Source: Halopseudomonas aestusnigri (GTDB lineage: Bacteria > Pseudomonadota > Alphaproteobacteria > Kiloniellales > Kiloniellaceae). From it: a stretch of 64,000 bases of DNA. A program made the position numbers and the translations under genes. The notes below the pieces were generated by a model. That model was not told where the DNA came from, did no database searches, and saw only the letters and a program-made list of their open reading frames with translations. Positions 9,201-18,176 of this stretch are shown piece after piece (position 1 is the stretch's first letter; each line of letters begins with the position of its first letter). The stretch is from contig JBALWN010000010.1 in NCBI GenBank assembly GCA_036960845.1, positions 10,799 to 74,798 of the forward strand, written 5' to 3'.

Positions 9201-10355
9201 GCCGTAACCCGCTACAGGGTATTTATAATCGGTCTTGCCTGTATTTAAGACCGCACCTGTAGCAAAACTATGCAAATCGAAGTATAGCCGAACAGCCCCG
9301 GTTGTAACCGTAATACCACCAGTACCAGCTATAGGGTCATGGCCCGTCATGTAGATACCATTAACAGCACAATACAGGCGTCTGTTTGGCATATCAAAAT
9401 ACACCGACATAACATCACCAGCAGTAGCGTTAGCTAGTTCCCCATGTGTGGTTACAGAGCTTCCGTCATCGTAAGTTTTGTACTGTGCATCCATGTATAT
9501 GCCAGATTGATTGCCATGCACACCAACGGAGTTACCCGCGAAATTCTCTAGTCCTGTCTTGTTTATAGCCATGATGAAATGGGAGAAATCTGTGTAGTCA
9601 CTCACCTCAACTTGAAACTTAATCTCTGGAAGAATATCTGTGTGAGCCTGTTTCCAATTAGCCTCAGTATTATATATAAATGTACTCTCATTATTAACAT
9701 GCAACACGGTGTGATCATAAACTGTAATAGGGTAGAACCGCTCTTGTGTTCCCTCAGTCGTGAATTTCTTAGTGGTAACATTCACCCCATTTCCGTGAGG
9801 AACGTTTTGGGTGCGGTAGGTACGGCCTTCTTCTGGTGTCAAGACTTCCCCATCAAGCAACACAACATCTGATACACAAGCTTCTGTAGAGCCTGTGCCA
9901 TGATTGTACGCGCCAATATCCATAGCTGTGCCAGCGAGGTTTACGGTGGTCTGATGGTTAGCTGTTATAGGCGTATGATTTGAAACAGGAACCTCTTCGC
10001 CATTGATGCTAATTTTCATATCTTTGGCTACGCTGTCATACGTGAACATCGCAAAGAACCATTCGGTATCTCTGAATTTTTGTACTGTAGCGAGAGTACC
10101 AACTGTGTTGTTAGGAGCGCCTTCAAAACGTAAGGTGTCGTCAGTGTTGAAATAGATGTAGATACCCGTTCCAGCACTGAATACATACTGAAGTGTCCCA
10201 TGTTGGACCCTCCGTAAGTTCATCATCAATGTCCACTGACGGCGATTACCTGTAATCGTTGGAGTGTAGGTAAGTTTCTTGCCCGCAGACAGGGCAAGGG
10301 AGTTAGTTAAATCGTTCTGCCATCCATCATCATCACCGCTATAAAGTGCTCTCAT
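6210..10355 (-). CDS. tail fibre / receptor-binding protein (LamG-like N-terminus, four SPRY-like repeats, three C-terminal ~100-aa modules)
   Basis: 1381-aa uninterrupted ORF. ATGA overlap with the upstream adaptor gene. Internal repeats end in NFG-x-x-PF/PW-type strands (details in findings). Confidence 0.75.
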   Translation of the reverse strand: MRALYSGDDDGWQNDLTNSLALSAGKKLTYTPTITGNRRQWTLMMNLRRVQHGTLQYVFSAGTGIYIYFNTDDTLRFEGAPNNTVGTLATVQKFRDTEWFFAMFTYDSVAKDMKISINGEEVPVSNHTPITANHQTTVNLAGTAMDIGAYNHGTGSTEACVSDVVLLDGEVLTPEEGRTYRTQNVPHGNGVNVTTKKFTTEGTQERFYPITVYDHTVLHVNNESTFIYNTEANWKQAHTDILPEIKFQVEVSDYTDFSHFIMAINKTGLENFAGNSVGVHGNQSGIYMDAQYKTYDDGSSVTTHGELANATAGDVMSVYFDMPNRRLYCAVNGIYMTGHDPIAGTGGITVTTGAVRLYFDLHSFATGAVLNTGKTDYKYPVAGYGGLKEPAKSDLKRCKLLPTPNRACYLSQRQLSAYVNSGSWWSAQSNFVLNSGKIYIEHKNLTSDVNSLSWGLTSDLGRLDTFASNAIIGASNANTISFYLDTAGHYHQVYGNTGTNVTGVTGTWAGAHRANEVTKMAIDFDTGLWWYGSDDEWIGDPAAGTGGTTLPTGLDWKLFISVHSYGGGLFNFGDNPWDQIPPTGFVGPASLDFDTLRPAAPTGLVEATFGATVLSGPNNLITTRSNASFFGHYSQYLMNEGVYYAESTLDDTVQVMLGIFGPKSRVFGQNVQVADDWYGVYDGTNSHMNVYTAGGVSVVSSEPSLIRPTAGDVFGILLDLNRNKLFLRSPVGWYGDPVNGTGGIDLEPGQVWAFAGVLYSSGMTWNFGEFAPFTYSDQGVAYQKLNAQTAMQQELEYGPNGCQLLFEDSSNLGAVTAGNKLLWTLTGITSDDQLTDTPGDAYATLSAVRQNTGIIRNGGMSFQSTGATFSTTSLTMPTFESGCYIELSTTNRQDNYFGLMDPGYSLPGGATAASLFGNLTSLDDVRLAGLTGLVTRQQANGISATPLTDNEWSCMAYKEGNLWYGIISGGVITWYNSGNPATGANPTVTGIPSGLFFAVSIYNSGVMTFNCGQVPFQATPPAGFVELKSFNKPTPKYHGQDKFDIIRYIGDGTAARRLRSSVNMTNGVIMSKVVNGGYNFKLWSTLSTMGPTKELIPNSTGALATDANGLTAFHDDGYTGGPGNSVNEEGKIYQSWLFSNDGTEVDNTEGTVPTKVIADSTQYQTLLTWKGTGTSGATIGTGVDDVELFISKAFEPSTYSWQTWFKGLPDDYYLGFNSNGPQDGSVNIFPAAGRTNRLMQLATSTIKYTNLLNINYLGWGFKSVPGLCSIHTITGNGSTQGWRVHTGFLTRLVWVKRMDSSGAWNLLDTSLDSDGNPMREELNIDTFAAVTTAGGDRLDITSRGITCRSSGGAFNANGGRYLVVAFADSAGGGNLPGLLGN

Positions 10356-11260
10356 TCTAGCACCTCCAGGGCAACACGGGCGACGCCGTTTACCGTCGAC
10401 ATGTGCATGATGGTAATCACGCCATCGCCAACACCAAACGTGCCTTTGATGTAATCAAAGCTAGAGATATCAAGCGCCCCGGCGGTGGGGTCATTGGTCA
10501 TCCAGATATCGACTGAGTTATTGTTGGCTTTATCCGCTGTAATCGTCCCGGCGCCGTTGTTAATCATGGAAGTGAGAAAGGTTTTGGTCAGATCAATAAC
10601 GGGGTTAACCGAAGTATTACCGTAAGAATTCACGTCCGTGGTAAAGCCGGCACTAAGGGCCTTTGATATATCCGATAACAGAACCTTCTCTGTCCCGGAC
10701 AAACCGGAAAAGGGATGGGTATGTGCCTGGCCGGTATCTGCTGCCAGGGTAATGAGCCCCTGAACGGTACTCAACAGCGTACTGAACCCGACGGAAGACA
10801 TCACCAGCTTGCCATCAGCGTCGTAATAGGGAACCTCGTTTGGCACCGGGGCCGGGAATTGCAATTCATCCCCGCTATAGGAGACAGGAAGCTTGATCGC
10901 CAAACCAATTTGATCTGCTTGTTCCTGGTTTTGAATGGTTAAGAGATCAACGGCCGTTTCAATAACATCCGCAGGCATCCCGTCCGATATGGCAAGGTCT
11001 GTCTGCTGCTCCAGTGGCGTCGCACCCAAAATGGTGATGGTTTCCCCGACCAACGGGGCCGTTGAAAAGGTAATTGCCCCTCCGTTGGCTGTCCCGGACC
11101 CACTGACGGCAGAGGGAACAACAACGTTCTCAACTCCAGCCAGAGACGTAACCACCACCTTCAGATGACTGTCGGTCAAAAACTTGAAAGGCACGGCAAA
11201 AACCGCGGTAGAGCCATCTCCACTATAGGAGGCTCTCCGCGGTGTCGCAGAAATTGTCAT
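10352..11260 (-). CDS. tail fibre adaptor / short fibre protein
   Basis: N-terminus RRASYSGDGSTAVFAVPFKFLTDSHLKVVV...ILGATPLEQQTDL is typical of podovirus fibre N-terminal domains. TTG at 11275 or ATG at 11260. Confidence 0.6.
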   Translation of the reverse strand: MTISATPRRASYSGDGSTAVFAVPFKFLTDSHLKVVVTSLAGVENVVVPSAVSGSGTANGGAITFSTAPLVGETITILGATPLEQQTDLAISDGMPADVIETAVDLLTIQNQEQADQIGLAIKLPVSYSGDELQFPAPVPNEVPYYDADGKLVMSSVGFSTLLSTVQGLITLAADTGQAHTHPFSGLSGTEKVLLSDISKALSAGFTTDVNSYGNTSVNPVIDLTKTFLTSMINNGAGTITADKANNNSVDIWMTNDPTAGALDISSFDYIKGTFGVGDGVITIMHMSTVNGVARVALEVLE

Positions 11261-11276
11261 ATCAGATTTTCCCAAT

Positions 11277-11303
11277 AAAAAAACCTCCGCTAAAAAGCAG
11301 AGG
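11277..11303 (-). terminator. rho-independent terminator (minus strand)
   Basis: Minus strand reads CCTCTGC-TTTTTA-GCGGAGG followed by TTTTTTTATT, just after the 916-aa gene. Confidence 0.6.
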
Positions 11304-11371
11304 TTGAGACCTGTTTATCCAAGAACGATTATAAGTGTTGAGAAGGAGAGCTACAATTCATTAGAAAAAAA

Positions 11372-14062
11372 CTAATGTAAATTCGAACTTTCAAACCAGT
11401 CATCCATCAAAAATTCAACTGCTTTACTTTTAGCTTCGCCAGTAACCCCTTTTAAGAATTTCTCACCATCTCTATACATCTTTGATTGTATTTTTTGCCT
11501 AATTATATTTTGTTTCTCAAGTGATAGTTTCTTAAAAGTTTGTCTTGAAACGACACCCTTAAATGATTTCATAGCTGCATCAATCGTCGTATTTGCATTT
11601 GCAGAGAACACACCATAAGCAAGTGCTTCAGCGGGTTTAAATCCGTTTTTTAGTCCCCTTGCGATACTATCACCGACAACTTTTGATTTTAACCCTTGGT
11701 TTACTAATTGCCTAGCCATGGTAGCAGCAATAACATCAGGCATTGCTTTCACCAAAGCACGCTGCATTTTCAGGCCGCCTTTTTTGACCAAGTTACCAAT
11801 TTTTCCAACCTTTAAAGCGCTCAGCCCTGCAGTACCCAAATATCCTAAAGCACCTTTGACGTCATTTTTTTCCAGAGCAAGTGATGCATTAACCAACCCT
11901 TCTCCGATATCAAGAACAGTACCTGCAGGAGTCAATGAAACTATAAATACTGCAGTTTTAGCGACGTTTTCGTTCATTCCTGCATTAATAAAATGTCTTG
12001 TAAGTCCCTCTTCCCAGTCAACTTCTTCAAATATACTTCTTTGTAGTCCACCAGCTCTCAATGAATTGTGTTGATGTTCTGGGGTATTATTTATGGCCGC
12101 ATTATGTGTCGAAGGGTTTGATAGGTAACGTACACCGCCACGATTATGAGCCCAATATCGTTCATTAGTTGCTCTATCTTCGAGAGGTAATGCATCATAT
12201 CTTTTTTTATCAGTCATCATCAGATGCATCATAGAATTGTACCAGGCATGAGAATCACTTGAATAGCTAGAGTGCCTATCTACTTCGTTAGAGCTTTGAT
12301 GCAAAAGTGTACCAGCATCTCCTATTGCCAAGATTTCTTCTGTCAACAAATCAGTTTTCACCGTGTCTTCACTTCTACTTTCTTGGTCACTAACATCAGA
12401 ATCATTTTCGATTTCTTCGGAAAACTCTCCCGCATCACCAACGAAAAAATCACTTCCTGACCCTCCAAAGATTACACCCTCAACCCCAAATTCAACGACC
12501 TCACCATCATCGCGCATGGTATTGGCAATCTCTTCGACATCAAAAGGGCCAGCCTGCTTTTTATGAAGCTGTTCATACTCTTCAATGCGCTCATCAAATC
12601 TCGTTCTGAAGTCTGCAAAGTTGGCAGTTTCAAGCTCATCGCGTCCATTACGACCTGTGACTTCTTTCCACGTACGCAAAGCCAGTCTGTCACGTAACTT
12701 GAAATGTGCGGTTTCGTATGCGTCTGGCTCGGATTGTTGCATGGCCATGACTTGGCCGATTTGTTTTCGGCTTAGATCTTTAAAATAGTGGGACAGATCT
12801 AATCGTTGAAATGCTTCAAGATCTGAAACGCGTAACGAATTGATTTCATAAAGAGCCTGAGTTCCTTTTTTGCGGGTAAAGTCATCGCGGGCAGGCCCTC
12901 GTTCTATGTGGGTCTCAATGTCACGACGAAGGTTCTCATCCGCATCCAGAGGAATATCTGTAATCTCTGCGTTTTCACCTGTTTCCAGAATGCCGCCCCA
13001 AGCCGTATAGCGGTTTGTACGTATTGCTTCTCGCTGTGCACGCGCTCTTTTTCGTTCTTGGCTCTTGAACAAAGATAGCGCTTCATTAGCCAGATCAGAA
13101 TCAGGGTGAAGAGACATCTCCTGAAACTGTTCTTCGCCAGACAAACCAGCCACCGCCATATCATCAAGAAATCTAACGGCACCTTCTTGTAGCAACCCTT
13201 TGGTCGCAAGATCCTGAAAATAGGCTTTATCCACACCGCCAACATAACGATCTATATTGATCCGTGCTCCGGTTGCAGGGTCTATACCGTCCAATAGGGT
13301 TTGTAATGCACCGTAATTTCCTTGTTTGGCATGCCCTTGCAATGCAAAAGACAAAAGACTTTTACGTGCCTGCGCGCTTTTTTCTACGGCAGCATCTCGA
13401 CCTATGCCGGGTGCGAGATCATTAATAGAACTGTCAATAACGACAATTGCATCGGTCAGGGTACTGGGATCAGCCTCAACACCCGAATTATACTTCTCAA
13501 TATGGCGATCAACGGTCGCGTGAATTTTCTCAGTTAAGGCCTGCTTTTGAAACGCCCCCAAGGCTTCACGATCATACCCAATCTTCTCATCAAGCTTCCG
13601 ACTGAAAATATTTGCCGTTTCAGAATTATCAAACTCTTGCCGTGCCAAGATTTCACTCTTCTTTTCCGCATAGGCAGTACTAACTTCCTGATTTATTTTA
13701 TCTGGCGACTTTTCGGTAAACCCAAGTTGATCACGAACGGTTTGATAAATACCCGAAGTAAACTCTGACAATTCCTCATAAACATCAACATCACGCAATT
13801 TTTCTTGAAGAAATTTAGACGCATCTGTCAGATCTGCTTTAAATCCTTCAACAAACGTCTCATCTACATTAGTATCAGGCGACGTCTTTTTTTCTGGTGA
13901 TGTCTCTTTATCTACAGATGCTTCTTCTTCAGGTTGTTTGGGGATCTTCTTTGCTAGCGTTTTAGACAAAGAATTAAGCCCATCCGAAACCGCATCAAAA
14001 TTTTCATCAGGCAAAGAAAAACCTGCGCTTGATGGCGCCCGGCTATCAGGGATATTTGGCAT
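11372..14062 (-). CDS. internal virion / ejection protein (large)
   Basis: Position between tail tubular B and the fibres. The ORF opens at 14122, but its first 20 codons lie inside the intergenic repeat, so MPNIPDS at 14062 is the likely start. Confidence 0.6.
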   Translation of the reverse strand: MPNIPDSRAPSSAGFSLPDENFDAVSDGLNSLSKTLAKKIPKQPEEEASVDKETSPEKKTSPDTNVDETFVEGFKADLTDASKFLQEKLRDVDVYEELSEFTSGIYQTVRDQLGFTEKSPDKINQEVSTAYAEKKSEILARQEFDNSETANIFSRKLDEKIGYDREALGAFQKQALTEKIHATVDRHIEKYNSGVEADPSTLTDAIVVIDSSINDLAPGIGRDAAVEKSAQARKSLLSFALQGHAKQGNYGALQTLLDGIDPATGARINIDRYVGGVDKAYFQDLATKGLLQEGAVRFLDDMAVAGLSGEEQFQEMSLHPDSDLANEALSLFKSQERKRARAQREAIRTNRYTAWGGILETGENAEITDIPLDADENLRRDIETHIERGPARDDFTRKKGTQALYEINSLRVSDLEAFQRLDLSHYFKDLSRKQIGQVMAMQQSEPDAYETAHFKLRDRLALRTWKEVTGRNGRDELETANFADFRTRFDERIEEYEQLHKKQAGPFDVEEIANTMRDDGEVVEFGVEGVIFGGSGSDFFVGDAGEFSEEIENDSDVSDQESRSEDTVKTDLLTEEILAIGDAGTLLHQSSNEVDRHSSYSSDSHAWYNSMMHLMMTDKKRYDALPLEDRATNERYWAHNRGGVRYLSNPSTHNAAINNTPEHQHNSLRAGGLQRSIFEEVDWEEGLTRHFINAGMNENVAKTAVFIVSLTPAGTVLDIGEGLVNASLALEKNDVKGALGYLGTAGLSALKVGKIGNLVKKGGLKMQRALVKAMPDVIAATMARQLVNQGLKSKVVGDSIARGLKNGFKPAEALAYGVFSANANTTIDAAMKSFKGVVSRQTFKKLSLEKQNIIRQKIQSKMYRDGEKFLKGVTGEAKSKAVEFLMDDWFESSNLH

Positions 14063-14083
14063 TTTGAGGTTACCTTGAAAAAT

Positions 14084-14160
14084 CGAGCAGCAAGGCTCAG
14101 GACATAAAAATAGGCCCTGCAACCTTGCATGGGCCTTTGATGATCATTTATTTATGAGAA
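14084..14160. repeat. direct repeat copy A (contains a minus-strand terminator hairpin)
   Basis: 14084-14136 matches 15258-15310 at 51 of 53 positions by hand alignment, with a looser ~22-nt extension. Minus strand reads AGGCCCATGCAAGGTTGCAGGGCCT followed by ATTTTTAT. Confidence 0.8.
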
Positions 14161-14212
14161 CGTCGTTTTTTAAATTTTAAATTAGGCCTAATCGTCAGAT
14201 ACCACGGACTGG

Positions 14213-15127
14213 TTAACGAACTTGAGGATGTAACAAAGCATTGTGTGCATAGTCATTCAAAAAACTTGGAGAGTTGATCTTTTTCTCAGTATCATCATCG
14301 AAATCTTCTGCTTCAACATCGTTACTATTTAGTAATTGCCTTTTCTGTTGAGCGTCTTCTGATATTCGTTTTTGTATATCGACATCATTAGCAAAAATTT
14401 CTTCTGGTTCTTTTACAATCAATTCATTCGAAGAATTAATTTCACTTTCTGTATCGTTCTTTTTTAAGAAATTGGGTAATACAGGTGTACTCTGCCCCCC
14501 TTGACCTTCATTTAAATGTATATTTTCTTTACTAATATTTTTGCCAGAGTAATCAATTTTTTCTGGGTACGTAGGTATCATGCGAATACCATTATTGTTT
14601 TTAACCTTATGGACCCAATTTTTAAGCCGTTCATCAGTAAAGCCCCATACCTCATCAGAAAGGTCTTCGTTTAATCGAGGAAGAATACCAATTCCAATTC
14701 CAACAGTGCGAATATGATATCCACCATTCTTCACAACGATAGAACGTTGGACAATACCAGGGTAAAAACTATGGGCACCGGAGGTATAGTTTGTGACAAC
14801 ATTTGGATTGGCTGAAGTTTGTTCAACAAACCCTGGTCCAGCAAAAACAGGACCAAAGGGTGTAGGGTAAACGGCAAGGCCATTCTGGATTGTTTTCAAA
14901 TCTACTTCTTTTGTTGAAATTCCAAGGTCGACAAGCTCTCCATACTCATGATATTTTTCGTGCCTTGTATTGATATCACTAATATCGTCGTCCCAAAAAC
15001 TAACTCCTAATAAATTATTCTTGTAGTCACTGGTAAAGAAATTATCTGCATTAATTGAAATGTCCCCGTGTTTTTTTGTTGTGAACGTTGCCGTTCCATC
15101 TTTGTTTATTTTCCATTTATCCGGCAT
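14213..15127 (-). CDS. hypothetical protein (AT-rich moron inside the ejection-protein block)
   Basis: 304-aa ORF with an acidic, low-complexity C-terminal third. Bracketed by the two repeat copies. No recognised domain. Confidence 0.55.
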   Translation of the reverse strand: MPDKWKINKDGTATFTTKKHGDISINADNFFTSDYKNNLLGVSFWDDDISDINTRHEKYHEYGELVDLGISTKEVDLKTIQNGLAVYPTPFGPVFAGPGFVEQTSANPNVVTNYTSGAHSFYPGIVQRSIVVKNGGYHIRTVGIGIGILPRLNEDLSDEVWGFTDERLKNWVHKVKNNNGIRMIPTYPEKIDYSGKNISKENIHLNEGQGGQSTPVLPNFLKKNDTESEINSSNELIVKEPEEIFANDVDIQKRISEDAQQKRQLLNSNDVEAEDFDDDTEKKINSPSFLNDYAHNALLHPQVR

Positions 15128-15257
15128 TGCATCCTCACAACTAACTATTAAACTTAATTAAAATTACTATCGATAATCATTTCAACATTTTAACTACACA
15201 AATTTTCCATAAATCAGTACTATCTTGTATTCTTGCCTTAACGATTATCCCTAAGAG

Positions 15258-15335
15258 CGAGCAGCAAAGCTCAGGACATAAAAATAGGCCCTGCAACATT
15301 GCATGGGCCTATAATCATTTTTATTTATGTGAAAT
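15258..15335. repeat. direct repeat copy B (contains a minus-strand terminator hairpin)
   Basis: See copy A. Lies 9 nt downstream of the stop of the 15344-15847 gene. Confidence 0.8.
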
Positions 15336-15343
15336 TTTAAATT

Positions 15344-15847
15344 TTATTCCAACAGGCGTTCACGCTTGCGATAAAACTTATAAAAATGATTAAAAACCGA
15401 GGCTGCAATAAAAGATTCAAATATGGAATCAAGAAAACCTTTAGCCCAACTTTCATAACCACATGCTGTTCTGACATTATTGACGATGATATCGCAGTCA
15501 CGCGTACTAAATCCAAATGTTGAATTGCTTTCACCTGGAAGTAAATGATCAAAAAAACTATAGATATCGTACGAGGCATACAAAATCAGGAAAATCAAAA
15601 TAAAATACAAATATCTGTCTAAATTAAAAAATTTCAACGCGTAGACCATAGCCAAAAATGGAGGCAGCCCCAGTATCAAAACATATAGATAAAGCATTGA
15701 ATAACCCACCAACACTGTACCAAAATCATCATAAAAAGACGCTATCATTACTCCAATTACATAAATCGCGAGAACTGCAAGTACGTATGACTTGAGAACA
15801 TTTGTCCAATTGAGTTCCATAAATGCTCTTATCAATAACATACGCAC
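15344..15847 (-). CDS. polytopic membrane protein (AT-rich moron)
   Basis: About four hydrophobic helices (VLAVLAIYVIGVMIASF, LVGYSMLYLYVLILGLPPFLAMVYAL, YLYFILIFLILYASY). GTG at 15847 or ATG at 15841. Confidence 0.5.
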   Translation of the reverse strand: MRMLLIRAFMELNWTNVLKSYVLAVLAIYVIGVMIASFYDDFGTVLVGYSMLYLYVLILGLPPFLAMVYALKFFNLDRYLYFILIFLILYASYDIYSFFDHLLPGESNSTFGFSTRDCDIIVNNVRTACGYESWAKGFLDSIFESFIAASVFNHFYKFYRKRERLLE

Positions 15848-15956
15848 CTTCCACTTATTGATGTTTTGGAATATTCCCCAACAAATTTCTCAAACGAATA
15901 CTCATCCTTTATAGTTTACAATACAAATTATATTTCTACCATAAGCATAATTCACA

Positions 15957-16409
15957 TCATCCGTTCAAATAACTAGATCCAGCGTTAAGAAAGCCACCTA
16001 TTGCCGAATTTCGGCCAGCACGTTTATAGGCCTTTGCCTTTTGATTTCCGGCATAGAGGATATTGTTTACTTCTTCTGTACCAAGTTTCTCAGTCTCTTC
16101 AATCAGCAACGCCGGACTGCCTTCAATTTTCAAGCCTGCCGCGGCAAAGTTAGCGCGCTGTTGACCTGCCAGCCTTTGCGTATTTCTTTGACTGACTTTG
16201 GCATCAAGCGCGGCCTGACGTCGCGCCAGTTTAGCCTGCTTCTTAGCTCGTTTTTGCTCTGCAAACCCTTTAAAGAATGAACCACCCATTCCCAATGCTG
16301 AAGCAGCCGTTAATCCTGTTGCTCCAAGCCCTCCAATTAACCCTAGTGCAGGAGCAGCAACGCCAAGAACCTTGCCGACGCCTTTAAATAATTTTTTGAA
16401 AAAACCCAT
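15957..16409 (-). CDS. internal virion protein (Gly-rich hydrophobic N-terminus)
   Basis: 150 aa, starting 4 nt after the stop of the tail tubular B gene. N-terminus GVAAPALGLIGGLGATGLTAASALGMGG followed by a basic coiled region. Confidence 0.5.
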   Translation of the reverse strand: MGFFKKLFKGVGKVLGVAAPALGLIGGLGATGLTAASALGMGGSFFKGFAEQKRAKKQAKLARRQAALDAKVSQRNTQRLAGQQRANFAAAGLKIEGSPALLIEETEKLGTEEVNNILYAGNQKAKAYKRAGRNSAIGGFLNAGSSYLNG

Positions 16410-16412
16410 AAT

Positions 16413-18176
16413 TTATCCCTCTGACTGAACTTCTGTAATCAGTGATCTGATTGTGGCTGGTAGGGGCTGTTGGGCCCGGATGAAGATTTGTGCTTTGTCG
16501 TCAAAACCGTTTTCAGGATCGATCTCCAGATAACCGGTATAGAGATCCGGTGATTGTCCAAAAGGTGTCGAGCCATCGCGGAAGATATGGCTTTGGGTAT
16601 CAGACAGGCTATCCCCGGCTTCAATCGTGCCCGTGTTCATGACATCGACGCCCATGGAAACCACACGTTTTTTCTTGCCTCTGCCAGTGCCGTTTTGAAG
16701 GGCAACGATGGGCGAGAGAGGTTGCACCACTGATTGATAGGGCAAGCCTGCGGTAATTTTCAATCCGGTGCGATTATTCAGCAGCGATACTGTGCCGTCC
16801 CCCGCGACTGTCGTCCTTGGTGAGACCTTGCCGTCGTGCAGAATATCGACCTCTTCTCCGATCAGGTGGTCAAAGCCGTTGATCGTCCCGGCAGCTACGC
16901 CGTCATAGGTCCCACCGCAATCGACAAAGAAGGCATCCTTTTTATCATCACCGTCATCAAATACGGCTTCCATAAACTCGATGTGCCGTGCAACAACACC
17001 GTTCACCTTACGCTTGACCGACAGCCATAACACTTCACGCTTGGCTTCATAAGTCACAGCAACGGTTTCAACCTCTCCCCAGGGATGCTCATCGGTTGAT
17101 CCGCCAAGTTTGTGACGATGAAAGGCCACGACTTCCTGCGATTTTTCGTACGTCACACCAATCAACTGACCATCATCGCGCACCATCCAGATAATTGAAT
17201 CCGGATCGTTCACCATGTCCATATCCTTGATCCCCGTGCCCGTAATGTGCTGGGAAAGAAAGGTCTGGTCCGGGGCAATAAAACTGTCGCGCTCAAAAGA
17301 GAAAACAAATTCGTGCAGCCGTTTACGGTTGCGGCTTAAAAACAGGGCGACCTCCCCCTTTTGGATCGGGGGAATTGCGGCCGATCCTTCTGTGGTATGA
17401 CGGCGGTTAATCACCGAAGTTACCGTCAACGCCTCGTTTGCGCTTGATCCACTGAGCGTACGTGTTGCGCCAGACGTTCCCATCATCAGAGCGCGCCCCT
17501 CAACCATCCACTGGATGTGATTGACTTGTCCGGCTTTAATGGTGGCCTTAAATGCATCATCCGCATTGGTACCAAGCGTAAAGTTTTTTTCGTTCGATGT
17601 CTTCGATGTCCAGATGGTTTGCGGTTGATCCGGGGGTGATGCAAAAATAGCCCTCTGCTGATAAAACGAGCAACGTCTTGGATAGTTTCCTGCCTTCCAC
17701 TCCGCAGGTTTTCCCGTAAACGCAATATCCGCTATCGTCCAATTATCGTGATCTACACGCTTTAATTCTTTTGGTGGATGGTCCTTGTGCACAATCCAGA
17801 GGCTGTTTTCCGTCTGGGTAAAGACCAACTCAAACAACTGTGCCTCAGTATAGGTCGTCACGATCTCGTAAGGGGCATCGTCTTTTTCGATTTGTCCAAA
17901 ATCACGATAGAACCGCATATAAAGATCACCAACTTCAATCGTATAGGCGTCTTCAGTTGAATACTCAAAAGGGACCAATCGGCATTGTTTATCAGGGAAC
18001 TTTGCCGTAGTGACAAATCGGGTTCCTGGGCGACGGGTCATGCCGCCATGGGGCAACACGATCCAGTTTTCACACAAGGCTAGCCCTGTTTGATAAAGTT
18101 GGGTGTCTTCACGCCCATGGAGCCGAGGGGTAATTTCCCCACGTACAAAACTTGCCTGAAGGGTTCTTGGTGGCAT
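16413..18176 (-). CDS. tail tubular protein B-like
   Basis: N-terminus MPPRTLQASFVRGEITPRLHGREDTQLYQTGLALCENWIVLPHGGMTRRPGTRF is characteristic of the podovirus gp12-like family. TGATG overlap with the tubular A gene. Confidence 0.7.
   Translation of the reverse strand: MPPRTLQASFVRGEITPRLHGREDTQLYQTGLALCENWIVLPHGGMTRRPGTRFVTTAKFPDKQCRLVPFEYSTEDAYTIEVGDLYMRFYRDFGQIEKDDAPYEIVTTYTEAQLFELVFTQTENSLWIVHKDHPPKELKRVDHDNWTIADIAFTGKPAEWKAGNYPRRCSFYQQRAIFASPPDQPQTIWTSKTSNEKNFTLGTNADDAFKATIKAGQVNHIQWMVEGRALMMGTSGATRTLSGSSANEALTVTSVINRRHTTEGSAAIPPIQKGEVALFLSRNRKRLHEFVFSFERDSFIAPDQTFLSQHITGTGIKDMDMVNDPDSIIWMVRDDGQLIGVTYEKSQEVVAFHRHKLGGSTDEHPWGEVETVAVTYEAKREVLWLSVKRKVNGVVARHIEFMEAVFDDGDDKKDAFFVDCGGTYDGVAAGTINGFDHLIGEEVDILHDGKVSPRTTVAGDGTVSLLNNRTGLKITAGLPYQSVVQPLSPIVALQNGTGRGKKKRVVSMGVDVMNTGTIEAGDSLSDTQSHIFRDGSTPFGQSPDLYTGYLEIDPENGFDDKAQIFIRAQQPLPATIRSLITEVQSEG

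Noticed and set aside
6210-14122. Many ORFs of 60-130 aa antisense to, or out of frame within, the fibre and ejection-protein genes. Examples: 7057-7245, 7327-7647, 8035-8427, 9579-9872, 10715-11168, 11718-12074, 12272-13537.
   Set aside because: All lie wholly inside long, well-supported minus-strand genes. They have low-complexity or Arg/Ser/Pro-rich translations and no RBS or domain signal. They are shadow ORFs.
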